Shown here one piece after another: positions 53,725-63,998 of a stretch of DNA of 64,000 bases. A program made the translations under genes and the position numbers. Below the pieces are notes generated by a model that was not told the origin of the DNA, did not search any database, and saw only the letters and a list, made by a program, of their open reading frames with translations. The DNA is from Bdellovibrionota bacterium (GTDB taxonomy: Bacteria > Bdellovibrionota_C > UBA2361 > CAKMMH01). How positions within the stretch are numbered: position 1 is the stretch's first letter; each line of letters starts with the position of its first letter. The stretch lies in the NCBI GenBank assembly GCA_050952645.1, contig JBMNLI010000017.1:196970-260969 (forward strand), given 5' to 3'.

Positions 53725-56345
53725 TTAATTGATTATTTGTTTAGGTGAACTTTTTTGAAAAGTTAAGGAAGTAAAAGTAGCATTATCATCTAGATTAGGA
53801 CATTGGTCGTAAGGGTCTAAAACTTCATCTCCATCGTGATCGTTTATATCGCAATAATTTTCAGTAAGAGTTTTACATCTATAAACTCCCTTTCCTATAA
53901 CATCATAAGTAATGCCACCGATTACTATTTCGCCAGTTTTTTCCGAACACTCTTCCCCTATAAAAAAATCTTCATCGATACGACCATCGTAATCATTATC
54001 TAAACCATCACAAAGTTCAGGCTGTGGCTCAGGCGTATACGTTGCCGTGTTAGTAGGTGTATTAGTCGGCGTGTTAGTAGGTGTATTTGTTGGCACCGTC
54101 GGCGTATTTGTAGGAGTATTTGTAAAAGTATGCGTGAATGTAGGAGTAAAGGTAGGCGTAAAGGTAGGCGTTGATGCGGCGCTAGATGAACTACTATGAA
54201 AAGAAGTAGTGCTACTACTGCTACTACTAGGAGTACCATTTGGTGAAGAACTACTATGAAAAGAAGTAGTGCTACTACTGCTACTACTAGGAGTACCATT
54301 TGGTGAAGAACTACTATGAAAAGAAGTAGTGCTACTACTGCTACTACTAGGAGTACCATTTGGTGAAGAACTACTATGAAAAGAAGTAGTGCTACTACTG
54401 CTACTACTAGGAGTACCATTTGGTGAAGAACTACTAGATTGCACATTACCTTGCGAGCTAGCACTACTACCACCTCCAAAAATAATTATACCGTCTCCAT
54501 CCATATCTCCAAACCCTAAACCTTTCATCATGCGTTTACCGTCTGAAGAAAAATCTTCATCTATTTTTCCATCACAATCATTATCTAAGCCATCATAAAT
54601 TTCTAAGGTTTTCGCATCCATATTCGCTTGTGCATCACACAAAACAGGACTATCAGATATTAAACCAGCACAATAATATTTTCCATTTTCAAGGCATACT
54701 CCAAGTCCAGCAGAGCAACTTAAATTTATAGAAGAATACAAACTATCTTTACAACAAGCAGGCGTATTTGCACTACAAACTATCAGAGGCTCTTCTGTGT
54801 CTCCATTGTAGCAAGTTAGCACTCCCTCTCCTAAACATTGATTAGCTAAACCATTATCGCACTCTTTACCTAAGTTTGCATAATTCCAATGCGTAGAACA
54901 ATTAGTAGGAAACATTAGAGCTTCCCCTCCTAAGAATATCTGAGTAGGCGTTTGTCTAGAAACTTTAGTGCCATCTCCAATTTGTGCTAAAGTATTATTT
55001 CCAGTGCTGTAAAGTTTTCCAACCACATTTATTATATATAAATTATTGCTAACATTTATAATACGTTTTACATCACTAAAAATAAATTCAGGTGTTTTTT
55101 GATTAATAGTAGTATTATTCCCAATTTGTCCAAAATCATTTTTTCCAAAACAGTAAAGATTATTATCACTCGCAACTACGCAAGTAGAATTGCTAGCAAG
55201 CGACATACTATAAACACCGTCTAGGACTTTATAAAACGGACTAGAAACGCTATCCCCTTTTCCTATTTGTCCGTAATTATTAGCGCCACTACAATAAAGC
55301 TTATTCTCGTTAGTTATAGCGCAAATATGGTACTCTCCTATTGAAACTTGTTTTATATCATCTAAAACTTTTAATGGTGCTGAAACTTTGCTATCTTCTT
55401 TTGCGTCGATCGGCTTATAAGTAGCATTATTATTTCCCCAACAATAAAGCGTTCCGTCTACTTTTATAGCACAAGTATTAAGGCTAGTTATACTAACATT
55501 GCGGACATTTTCAAGCACTTTCTTAGGAGTATTCACGGAAGCGCTTAAAGTTCCGCTACCTACCTGACCAAAGCTATTTCCTCCCCAACAAAAAAGATCT
55601 CCATTAGTTTTAATAGCACAAGCGTGCGCAACTGAAGAATTTTGCAAAGACACATAACTTACATCATCTAAAATTTTAATTGGAGATACCACTCGAGAAC
55701 TAAAAGTGCCATTTCCTACATTTCCAACTTCATTATAGCCCCAGCAATATAGCGCTCCTAAAGTAGTTATAGCACATGTAGTCCACCCTCCTACTGCCAC
55801 TTGGCTTATATTAAGCTTAGGAAGTATCAACTTAGGTGTAGTCTCGTAGGTAGTATCCCCCGAGCCTAATTGACCATAATCATTTTTTCCAAAACAATAA
55901 AGCTTGCTATCTGAAATAGCACAAGTATGATCATAGCCTACACTAACGGCACTTACATTTGTAAGCCCCACAATTTTTTTAGGAGTCGATACGTGATAAT
56001 CTTTAGATGTTATTTGACCATGTTCATTTAACCCCAGCAGTAAAGTTCTCCACTTACAGAAATAGCGCAAGTAGTGCTCCCATTACTTGCTACCTGCTTT
56101 ACGCTATCTAATATAACGCTATCTAATATAGGGGCTGATGCAAAACAAGGACTATTAGAAAATATTATGATAAATAAAAAGATAAATAAAAATAAGAAAA
56201 AATTAGAAAGAAAACTAGAGAATCTTTTTATAGTTTCTAATGGTTTTCTACTATATATTTCCTTACTATATATCTCGTTATATACCTTATCATATATAGA
56301 GGGAAAAAAATTCAATAAGTTATGTTCTTTTATGATAAAATTCAT
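53725..56345 (-). CDS. Secreted RCC1-repeat protein with thrombospondin-type-3-like DxDxDG Ca-binding motifs and S/T/P-rich mucin-like linker; frameshift at about 56045 (TT for TTT); last 15 codons derive from the IS inverted repeat
   Basis: Signal peptide; RCC1 signatures (LYCFGKNDYGQLG, LYCWG.N..GQ); four perfect 60-bp tandem repeats; CDGLDNDCDGKIDED motifs. Confidence 0.8.
54181..54440. repeat. Four-plus perfect 60-bp tandem repeats inside the RCC1 protein gene (encode SSSSPNGTPSSSSSSTTSFH units)
   Basis: Four identical 60-nt lines in the sequence. Confidence 0.9.
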
Positions 56346-56720
56346 AAATTAAAAATAATCAAATAAATAAAAAATAAATAAATATGCCTACGCATAAAAT
56401 AAAAAATAAAATAAAAAACTTTAAAATTTACTTACTTTTTTAAAAATAAATACAAATCAATAAATCGATATTATCGATACTTTGATGTAAAAAGCGAGTT
56501 TTCGTTGCTATCACTTAAATTTTTTTTTAATTTTTTATAATTTTTTTGATTATTTAGGCGTTTTTTTAAGAAAATTTATACTTTTTTACCTCTATTTTAG
56601 CATTTTTTTTAATTTTTATATTTTTCAGTGAATTTCAGTGACATCTAATTATGAGCCAATAGGATGATAGCTTTAAAAACTTTAGGAAGTTTTATAAGGA
56701 AGAGCTTTTTTGTTTTTAAT

Positions 56721-57056
56721 TTATATTAACGGTTGTTTTCTTTCTTGATTTAATTTTTCAGCCGACAATCGCACGTTAGCAATATTTTCATAAACTACAT
56801 CGCCCGTATCTTCTGCATCTTGTATAACGGCAGACTTTAATGCTGAATAATTAACTATGCCTAGTCTTTGATTTTCAGGAACGAATATTTCACCACATGC
56901 TTTACATTGTGCTACTACCACTATTCCAGCAAAAGTCACCTTTGAAAGGTCTGTTAAAAAATCACTATCATCGGCTCCCTTTAACCCACAATAAGGACAA
57001 GTAATCTCATCTATAAACGTTTCCGCTAAACCTTTTAACCTAAACTTTATCGCCAT
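56721..57056 (-). CDS. Hypothetical zinc-ribbon protein (CPYC ... CKAC)
   Basis: Two CxxC pairs; 111 aa. Confidence 0.4.
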   Translation of the reverse strand: MAIKFRLKGLAETFIDEITCPYCGLKGADDSDFLTDLSKVTFAGIVVVAQCKACGEIFVPENQRLGIVNYSALKSAVIQDAEDTGDVVYENIANVRLSAEKLNQERKQPLI

Positions 57057-57113
57057 ACGTAAATATTTCCTCCCTATCTTGCCTTAAGTTTAACCTAAAA
57101 AAAAATCTCTACC

Positions 57114-57464
57114 TCACACCATTTCAAACACATTATCTAACATAAGTAGCTTAAAAATCTCATCGACAAAACCACTAGCATCTTTTATAACTAATTTTCC
57201 GTTTTCTTCTTTTAATTTTTCATTACACGATAGAATCTTTCCTATACCATAACTATTTATCACTTCGACTTGAGACATATCTAATACGATATTTTTCTTG
57301 CCTTTCTCAAGAAGATTACTAAAAGCTTTCGTTAAGGCCTCACCGCTTTGCTCCGAATCTAAATCCTCGGTTATCTTAATAACCGCTTCACCTCTAGGCG
57401 ATATTTCCGTTAGAAACTCTAGATCTATATACTTATTATTCATAAGTTTTATATCGGATATCAA
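57114..57464 (-). CDS. STAS-domain protein (anti-sigma-factor antagonist, SpoIIAA-like)
   Basis: STAS fold signature with conserved Ser region (VEVINSYGIGKIL); 116 aa. Confidence 0.65.
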   Translation of the reverse strand: MISDIKLMNNKYIDLEFLTEISPRGEAVIKITEDLDSEQSGEALTKAFSNLLEKGKKNIVLDMSQVEVINSYGIGKILSCNEKLKEENGKLVIKDASGFVDEIFKLLMLDNVFEMV

Positions 57465-57723
57465 CGCTTTAAACTTAATATTTTTTAATATCTTTCCTTA
57501 CCATTTATTTATAATTTATTTATAATTTATTTACCGCTTATTATTTACGGTTTATTTGCTACTTATTATTACAAAATTAAAGCTAACTATATCTTTAAAC
57601 TTAAGATTTTTCTTTATTTTCCCGAATATTTACACAAGACTTCAAGGATAAAAAACAAGGATAAAAACAAAAAAATAATGATAAATAAAAAATAAACTAA
57701 AGAATTTTCAAGGATTTTTTATT

Positions 57724-58665
57724 ATGAATGATAACTCTTTACAAAACAGTCAAGAAAATAACCAAACGTATAACCAAGAAGAATTTAAGACTGAACATGA
57801 AATCGCCGTCGATTGGAGAGAAATCCTAACTTGGGTCGATGACTTACCACCGATGCCACACGTAGCCTCTAAAGTTATAAACTTACTAAGTTCTCCTAAT
57901 ACGACATCTGCCGAGCTAAATGAGTTTTTAAAAAAAGACACAGCATTAAGTAGTAAAATTTTAAAAATAGCTAACTCTGCACTATTTTCTAGACAACGAG
58001 AAATTACAGGCATAAATCAAGCCGTAATGCTAATAGGATTTCAAGCGCTAAAAGGTATCGTCGTTGCAGCAACTATAAGACAAATGAATCAGACATTAAG
58101 TTCAATACAAAAAATTATTTGGGATCACAGTATCGCTACCGCTATGTTTTCTACTAATATTTCAAAATCTTTAAAAAAACCTTACTCAGATGAGATGTTT
58201 CTTTTCGGTATGCTCCATTCGTTAGGACATTTCGTTATTTTAAATTATAATGAGACTAAAAATCGATTTAAGGATGTTATGAACCTTATAAAAGAAAACT
58301 CTTGCGACTACTGCACGGCAGAACAAGAAATTTTTGGATTTACACACCCTCTTATAGGTGCGCTAGTAGCTAAGAAATGGAATTTTTCAGCAGAAATTTG
58401 TCAAATAGTTCTTCATTACGCTAGCTCGCTAGAAAGTTTTAAAGAAGAAAACGTGCAAACTGAAAAAACACTTATACTAAAATTATCAGATATCTTATCT
58501 CACACTTTAAAATTAGGAAGCCCTGAAGGATACAAAGACTTAACTAATGATATAGTGCCAATATGTAAACTTATAGGTTTTAATAAAGATACTCTAAACG
58601 AAGACTTGCAAAATATCGTAGAACTTACCGAAAAGCAATACGAAGCTGAAAAAAGCATTTATTAA
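57724..58665 (+). CDS. HDOD-domain signalling protein
   Basis: HDOD-like segment (LPPMPHVASKVINLL...ILKIANSALFS...HS.GH). Confidence 0.6.
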   Translation: MNDNSLQNSQENNQTYNQEEFKTEHEIAVDWREILTWVDDLPPMPHVASKVINLLSSPNTTSAELNEFLKKDTALSSKILKIANSALFSRQREITGINQAVMLIGFQALKGIVVAATIRQMNQTLSSIQKIIWDHSIATAMFSTNISKSLKKPYSDEMFLFGMLHSLGHFVILNYNETKNRFKDVMNLIKENSCDYCTAEQEIFGFTHPLIGALVAKKWNFSAEICQIVLHYASSLESFKEENVQTEKTLILKLSDILSHTLKLGSPEGYKDLTNDIVPICKLIGFNKDTLNEDLQNIVELTEKQYEAEKSIY

Positions 58666-58797
58666 AAATAGATTAAAAAAAATAGATTAAAAAAATTAAA
58701 GGATAACAAGAAAAATCCTTAAAGGTTTTTATCTTATATTTTCACTTTTTATTTGCTTTTTATATTTTCACTTTGTCTTTCAATTTGTTCTAAAGTT

Positions 58798-59391
58798 TTA
58801 TCGCTGAGTTTCATCGCTAGGATTTTCTTTCTCCCCTTCCTTTACCTCTTCTTCCTTAACCCACAAAGGATGTCTAGTAGAATACTTAGGATCATCAAAA
58901 ATAACTTGCACGCCTTTTCTATTTCTTAAATTTACAAACAATGGAGCTTTTAAATTTGCCGTAGTCGAACTCAACTCTTTTCTAACCGTAACTATAATTA
59001 AAATTGCGTATTCGTCATCTTCTCTAAAATCACACAAAGGATCGTTTAAAGGCGGCTTTAAAGAATACTCAACTCCGAATTCATACCCATCGATAACTAC
59101 AAAAGCTAGCGCAGGGTCGTCTGCACTATGAAGCCAAGAAAAAGGCGCTTTATGTTCAAGCATTACAAACTCAGTGTTTTTAGGAAAACCTATAAGCCCA
59201 GAGGGAAAGTAAATTAAACTTTCCTTTGGAACCTTTAAATCACCAAAGCGTAAACTTTTTATAATTATTTCTTCTTTAGAATTTTCAGTATTACTTTCTG
59301 CATCACTTTCTACACTATTTTCTGCATTATATGCCACACTACTTTCACATTCATTTTTTACATTTTCACACATAAAGACTTGCCTACCCAA
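58798..59391 (-). CDS. fliW: Flagellar assembly factor FliW with an acidic N-terminal extension
   Basis: FliW core (FPSGLIGFP...FVMLEH...SWLHSADDPALAFVVID); adjacent to csrA. Confidence 0.75.
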   Translation of the reverse strand: MGRQVFMCENVKNECESSVAYNAENSVESDAESNTENSKEEIIIKSLRFGDLKVPKESLIYFPSGLIGFPKNTEFVMLEHKAPFSWLHSADDPALAFVVIDGYEFGVEYSLKPPLNDPLCDFREDDEYAILIIVTVRKELSSTTANLKAPLFVNLRNRKGVQVIFDDPKYSTRHPLWVKEEEVKEGEKENPSDETQR

Positions 59392-59410
59392 AAAATATTA
59401 TTTCTAAATA

Positions 59411-59704
59411 TCACTTCTTAGAAACTACGAGCTTATTTAACTTAGCACTGCTACATTTTTTGTCTTTATTTTCATCGATATATTGGTCTAATACATTAAG
59501 CTCTTGTCCACTTTCTAAAGGAGAACTAGCGGCAACCTTATTTTCTTCTAATATTTGTAAATATATTTCTTCTCTATATATTTTATAATTATAAGGCGCA
59601 TCTACACCTATTCTTGCCTGACTCCCCTTTACATCGAGGACGATAATCTTTATATCATCACCAACAAAAATACTTTCACCAGCTTTTCTCGTTAATATAA
59701 GCAT
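59411..59704 (-). CDS. csrA: Carbon storage regulator CsrA with C-terminal extension
   Basis: [37 protein letters not shown] core. Confidence 0.85.
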   Translation of the reverse strand: MLILTRKAGESIFVGDDIKIIVLDVKGSQARIGVDAPYNYKIYREEIYLQILEENKVAASSPLESGQELNVLDQYIDENKDKKCSSAKLNKLVVSKK

Positions 59705-59963
59705 CTTTTGCCTTCCTTGGCTAAAACAATAAAATAAACAATATAAATAAAATACATTAGAAGCTTATAAAAAAAATGAAATTTTTACAATAGTAATGTT
59801 TCAAAATAGTTTAGATCGCTATTTTACCGCTATATTATCACCTAATTATCACACATTATTACCAAATTATCACTATTTTGGCACTATTTATGCATAAAAT
59901 TAAGCTATATAGCCATATTTTTTTATTTTTATAAATATTATTTTAAATTATTTCTAAAAAACG

Positions 59964-61046
59964 ATGCGTATAAATTTCGATTCTAACTACAACGATATAA
60001 AGAAAATTTTAAGGTCTTACGATAACCTAAACTCTATCTCTAATAAAAACTCTAATAAAAAAGAACTTTCTCTTAATAATACTCTTAATAACACTTTTGA
60101 TAACACCTTTAATAATACGCTACAAGATGTTTTAACTAATGATGAAAATCTAATAAAAACGAGCGCTAATAATATGAAGCAAGATAGCATTCAAAATAAT
60201 GCTAAAGGTAGTAGCTGTGCAAAAACTAAATTAAGCTTTATTGAAAATGATATAAATGAGCAAAATTTATTTACTCTAAATTTAGAAGATTTTGAACTAG
60301 AAAAAGCAGATATTTTAAATAGCAAAGTTAAGTTTAATAATCATTATAACGTACTAGAAAATAGCTTTAGAAATGATATCGATGATTTTGATAGCGATTT
60401 TGATAACGATTTCGATAATGAAAATAATGTCAAAACACCGACCATCGTTTCTGCAAAAAGAATATCATCTGACAATAATTTGTCATTGAATAATAATTTT
60501 AAAGCAAACGTAAATAGAATAGATAAAAAAATAATATCAAAAATAATAAAAGATGAGGGAAAAAGACAAGGGATAGACCCTGCACTAGCGTTAGCCGTTG
60601 CTAAAGTAGAATCATCTATGAACCCTATGGCTGTAAGCACAGATGGTCATTACAGTAAAGGCTTATTCCAACTTTTAGATAACACTGGAAAAGAACTTAT
60701 GGCAAACTTTGCCAATTACGAGCACTACTCCCCTTATGATATAGAACAAAACTCTACTTTAGGTATAAATTACTTAAGAGAACTGCATCAAACTTTCTCT
60801 AAAGTAAATACATTAAGCAATAATGCAACGACAAATATAGCACTAGATGCCGACTCGCTAGAAAAATTCGCAATAGCGGCCTTTAATGCTGGGCAAGGAC
60901 GAGTAGCTAGCGCTCAAGAAAAAGCTTTAAGAGATGGAAAAGACCCAAGAGTGTTTGAAAATGTTTATGAATACCTACCTAACATAACTAAAGATTACGT
61001 AAGAAAAGTTTTAGCTACACGTGATGAGTTTTCAAGAAATATTTAG
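59964..61046 (+). CDS. SLT-domain lytic transglycosylase with N/D-rich low-complexity N-terminal half
   Basis: C-terminal AKVESSMNP...GLFQL SLT catalytic region. Confidence 0.7.
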   Translation: MRINFDSNYNDIKKILRSYDNLNSISNKNSNKKELSLNNTLNNTFDNTFNNTLQDVLTNDENLIKTSANNMKQDSIQNNAKGSSCAKTKLSFIENDINEQNLFTLNLEDFELEKADILNSKVKFNNHYNVLENSFRNDIDDFDSDFDNDFDNENNVKTPTIVSAKRISSDNNLSLNNNFKANVNRIDKKIISKIIKDEGKRQGIDPALALAVAKVESSMNPMAVSTDGHYSKGLFQLLDNTGKELMANFANYEHYSPYDIEQNSTLGINYLRELHQTFSKVNTLSNNATTNIALDADSLEKFAIAAFNAGQGRVASAQEKALRDGKDPRVFENVYEYLPNITKDYVRKVLATRDEFSRNI

Positions 61047-61261
61047 AATAGAAATTTAAATAAGAATTTATAGAATAAACATTTTAGTAAAACATTTTAG
61101 TAAAATACTTTAATAAAACTTAAATAAAAGTGCGAAGAACATCTACAAAAAATTATAAATAAAATGTCTACTGTTTACACAACATCAAAAAATATTATAA
61201 AATCATAATTCTTTAAAAAAATAAAAAAATGGAGAGTTTTATTTATAATGGATAAGATATA

Positions 61262-62506
61262 ATGGATAAAAAAAGAGTCGTAATAACTGGCTTAGGTTGC
61301 GTGTGTCCGTGTGGGAATAACGTATTAGATACTTGGAAAAATATTGTAAATGGAAATTCTGGAATAGATTACATTACTCAATTTTGCACGGATGATTTTC
61401 CAATAAAAATAGCAGGAAGCGTTAAAAATTTTAGAACAGAAGATTACATAGAACCAAAACAAATAAAAAAAACAGACTATTTTACTAGATTTGCTATCGC
61501 TGCTAGCAAACAAGCTATGCAGGATGCAAAATTAAGTGGAACTTCAACTTATAAGCCTGAAAGGATGGGTTGCATCTTAGGTATAGGAACTAGTGGCATT
61601 CGAGTATTAGAAAAATATTGCGATGCTTATAGAGAGGGTGGCGCAAAAAAAATATCGCCTTTTTTAGTCCCTGCTCTTATAAGCAATTTAGCAGCTGGTA
61701 ATTTAGCAATAGAACATGGGTTAAAAGGGATAAATTACGTTATAACTAGTGCATTTGCTTCATCTGCTCATGCTATTGGGGAGTCTTATAGAATGATTAG
61801 AGATGGCAATCACGATGTAATGCTAACTGGCGGAGCAGAAAGTATCATTACGCCTCTAGCACTCGGTAGCTTTGCAGCTATGAAAGCACTTGCAACGAAA
61901 AGCGATGACCCCAAGCGCGTCTCTAGACCTTTCGATGCTAAAAGAGATGGCTTTGTAATGAGCGAGGGCGGAATAATTTTAGTTTTAGAAGAGTATGAAA
62001 AAGCTAAACGTAGAGGTGCTAACATTTACGCCGAGATAATTGGTTATGGTTTTTCTTGTGATGCTTACCATATAACGGCATTACCTAAAAATGCAACGGG
62101 GGCTATCGCTTGCATGAATATGGCATTAAAAAATGCTGACATAAAAAAAGAAGATATCGACTATATAAATGCTCACGGCACTTCTACACCTATGAATGAT
62201 AAGACTGAAACTCTTGCTATAAAAAAAGTTTTTGGAGAACACGCCTACAAATTAAGCGTTAGCTCTACAAAGTCTACTACGGGACATTTGTTAGGAGCTG
62301 CTGGTGCTATCGAGGCTTTAGTTTGTGCATTAGTTATAAAAAATAATATTATTCCACCTACTATAAATTTAGAAAATAAAGATCCACTTTGCGATTTAGA
62401 TTATACGCCGAATATATATAAAGAAAAAAACGTAAGATACGCCCTTTCTAATTCATTTGGTTTCGGAGGAACTAACGCAAGCATTATTTTCAAAAAGTGT
62501 AGTTGA
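61262..62506 (+). CDS. fabF: 3-oxoacyl-[ACP] synthase II
   Basis: Cys-His-His active-site context; 414 aa full length. Confidence 0.95.
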   Translation: MDKKRVVITGLGCVCPCGNNVLDTWKNIVNGNSGIDYITQFCTDDFPIKIAGSVKNFRTEDYIEPKQIKKTDYFTRFAIAASKQAMQDAKLSGTSTYKPERMGCILGIGTSGIRVLEKYCDAYREGGAKKISPFLVPALISNLAAGNLAIEHGLKGINYVITSAFASSAHAIGESYRMIRDGNHDVMLTGGAESIITPLALGSFAAMKALATKSDDPKRVSRPFDAKRDGFVMSEGGIILVLEEYEKAKRRGANIYAEIIGYGFSCDAYHITALPKNATGAIACMNMALKNADIKKEDIDYINAHGTSTPMNDKTETLAIKKVFGEHAYKLSVSSTKSTTGHLLGAAGAIEALVCALVIKNNIIPPTINLENKDPLCDLDYTPNIYKEKNVRYALSNSFGFGGTNASIIFKKCS

Positions 62507-62575
62507 TAAAAAACAATTTAAAATTTCTAATTAACTAAAGGTCTCTAATGCAACGTGAGGCTCTATAAATTTTTA

Positions 62576-62817
62576 GCTCTTCACATTTTGAGTGGGTTAG
62601 AGTCTATCTTCTAATGTAAATTGACAAAATAATAGTTAATTTTATTGGCAAAAATAAACATTAGAGTTATTAGGAAAAGTTATCCATAACTGATAGCCTG
62701 GCCTAGCAATTAAAAGCTAAAGGTCAAGCTGTCAGGCTGTGGATAACTTTCACAAAGACCCCATTAAACAAAATTGCGTTTTGGTTCTCTCGGCCCCACC
62801 TAAAACGTGAAGAACCA
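62576..62817. repeat. MITE-like element, subfamily 1 (242 bp, internal 30-bp deletion), 3' of fabF
   Basis: Collinear with the 13636 and 42116 copies; same DnaA-box-like pair. Confidence 0.8.
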
Positions 62818-63134
62818 TTTTTTTAAAATGGCATAATTTTCTCTATCGCTTTAAAAAAATTTTTATTTTTTTATATCTTTTTATATCTTTTAAAATCTTA
62901 CTATTTATACCTTTTTACAGCTTTAAAAACGCTTCCTTTAAAAAAAATCTTTAAAAACTTTTTCGCTTTTTAAAAACTTGGCAAAGCTTTTGCAAGATTG
63001 CTTTATAAATACGGTTCGCTAGGAAATAAATTCCTAAAAAAGAAAAAAGGATTTTGAAATACTTTTTTATTTAGTTATTTATTTAGTTATTTATTTAATT
63101 ACATAATTTATTTAAGCCAAGGAGAGCAAGCAAA

Positions 63135-63998
63135 ATGACTATAAATATTAGAACGAATGTCGCATCATTAGTATCGCAAAGAAACTTAGATAGTAGCACA
63201 GCGAGTATAAACTCTGCTTATGAAAGATTATCATCGGGTCTTAGAATTAACCATGCTAGAGACGATGCTGCAGGTCTTGCAATTGCAGAGAGTTTAAAAG
63301 CTGATGCAAAAGTTGCATCCGTTGGTATTAGAAATGCAAACGATGGCATCTCTATTATTTCTATTGCCGACCAGGCGATAGGACAAATCGGAAATGTGCT
63401 TAGTAGATTAGCAGAGCTTGCTCAACAATCTGCAAATGGTGTGTATAGCAATACTCAACGTTCAGCACTAGCAAACGAGTTTGTAGCATTAACATCGGAA
63501 ATTGAAAGAATTGCCGTAACGACATCATTTAACAAATTACAATTATTAAGCGGTGGTGGTGAGGTTGTATTCCAAGTAGGTTTCGATGGAAGTTCAACTT
63601 CGCAAGTAAGTTATAAGGGAGTAGCAGCTACTCTCGAGGCTCTAGGGCTTGCAGATGAGGGGACATCAAATGTAAATGTTTCCATTATTGCAGATACCGA
63701 TTTAGCTTCTCAATCTGCTGCGCGTATCGCTCTAGATGCGATAAATAATGCTATTGCATCTTGTTCGAGAAATAGAGGAACTCTTGGTGCTGCTGAGGCA
63801 AGACTAGAGGTTACTATCAGCAACTTACAAGTTGCGAGAGAAAACTTTAGAGCTGCAGAAAGCCGTATCCGTGATGTTGACGTTGCTTCTGAAGCAGCTG
63901 AGCTGACAAGATTAAATATCTTACAACAAGCAGGTTCAGCAGTGCTTGCACAAGCTAACTCTCAACCTCAATTAGCATTACAATTATTACGTTCATAA
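63135..63998 (+). CDS. Flagellin (short, 287 aa; D0/D1 only)
   Basis: Conserved N-terminal (LSSGLRINHARDDAAGLAI) and C-terminal (LQQAGSAVLAQANSQPQLALQLL) flagellin helices. Confidence 0.9.
   Translation: MTINIRTNVASLVSQRNLDSSTASINSAYERLSSGLRINHARDDAAGLAIAESLKADAKVASVGIRNANDGISIISIADQAIGQIGNVLSRLAELAQQSANGVYSNTQRSALANEFVALTSEIERIAVTTSFNKLQLLSGGGEVVFQVGFDGSSTSQVSYKGVAATLEALGLADEGTSNVNVSIIADTDLASQSAARIALDAINNAIASCSRNRGTLGAAEARLEVTISNLQVARENFRAAESRIRDVDVASEAAELTRLNILQQAGSAVLAQANSQPQLALQLLRS

Larger units (their letters stand above)
51908..53768 (-). mobile_element. IS1634-family insertion sequence (1861 bp) with 26-bp terminal inverted repeats CCTTAACTTT(G/T)CAAAAAAGTTCACCT and 6-bp target duplication AAGTAA
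   Basis: IRs at 51908..51933 and 53743..53768; AAGTAA at 51902..51907 and 53769..53774. Confidence 0.8.
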
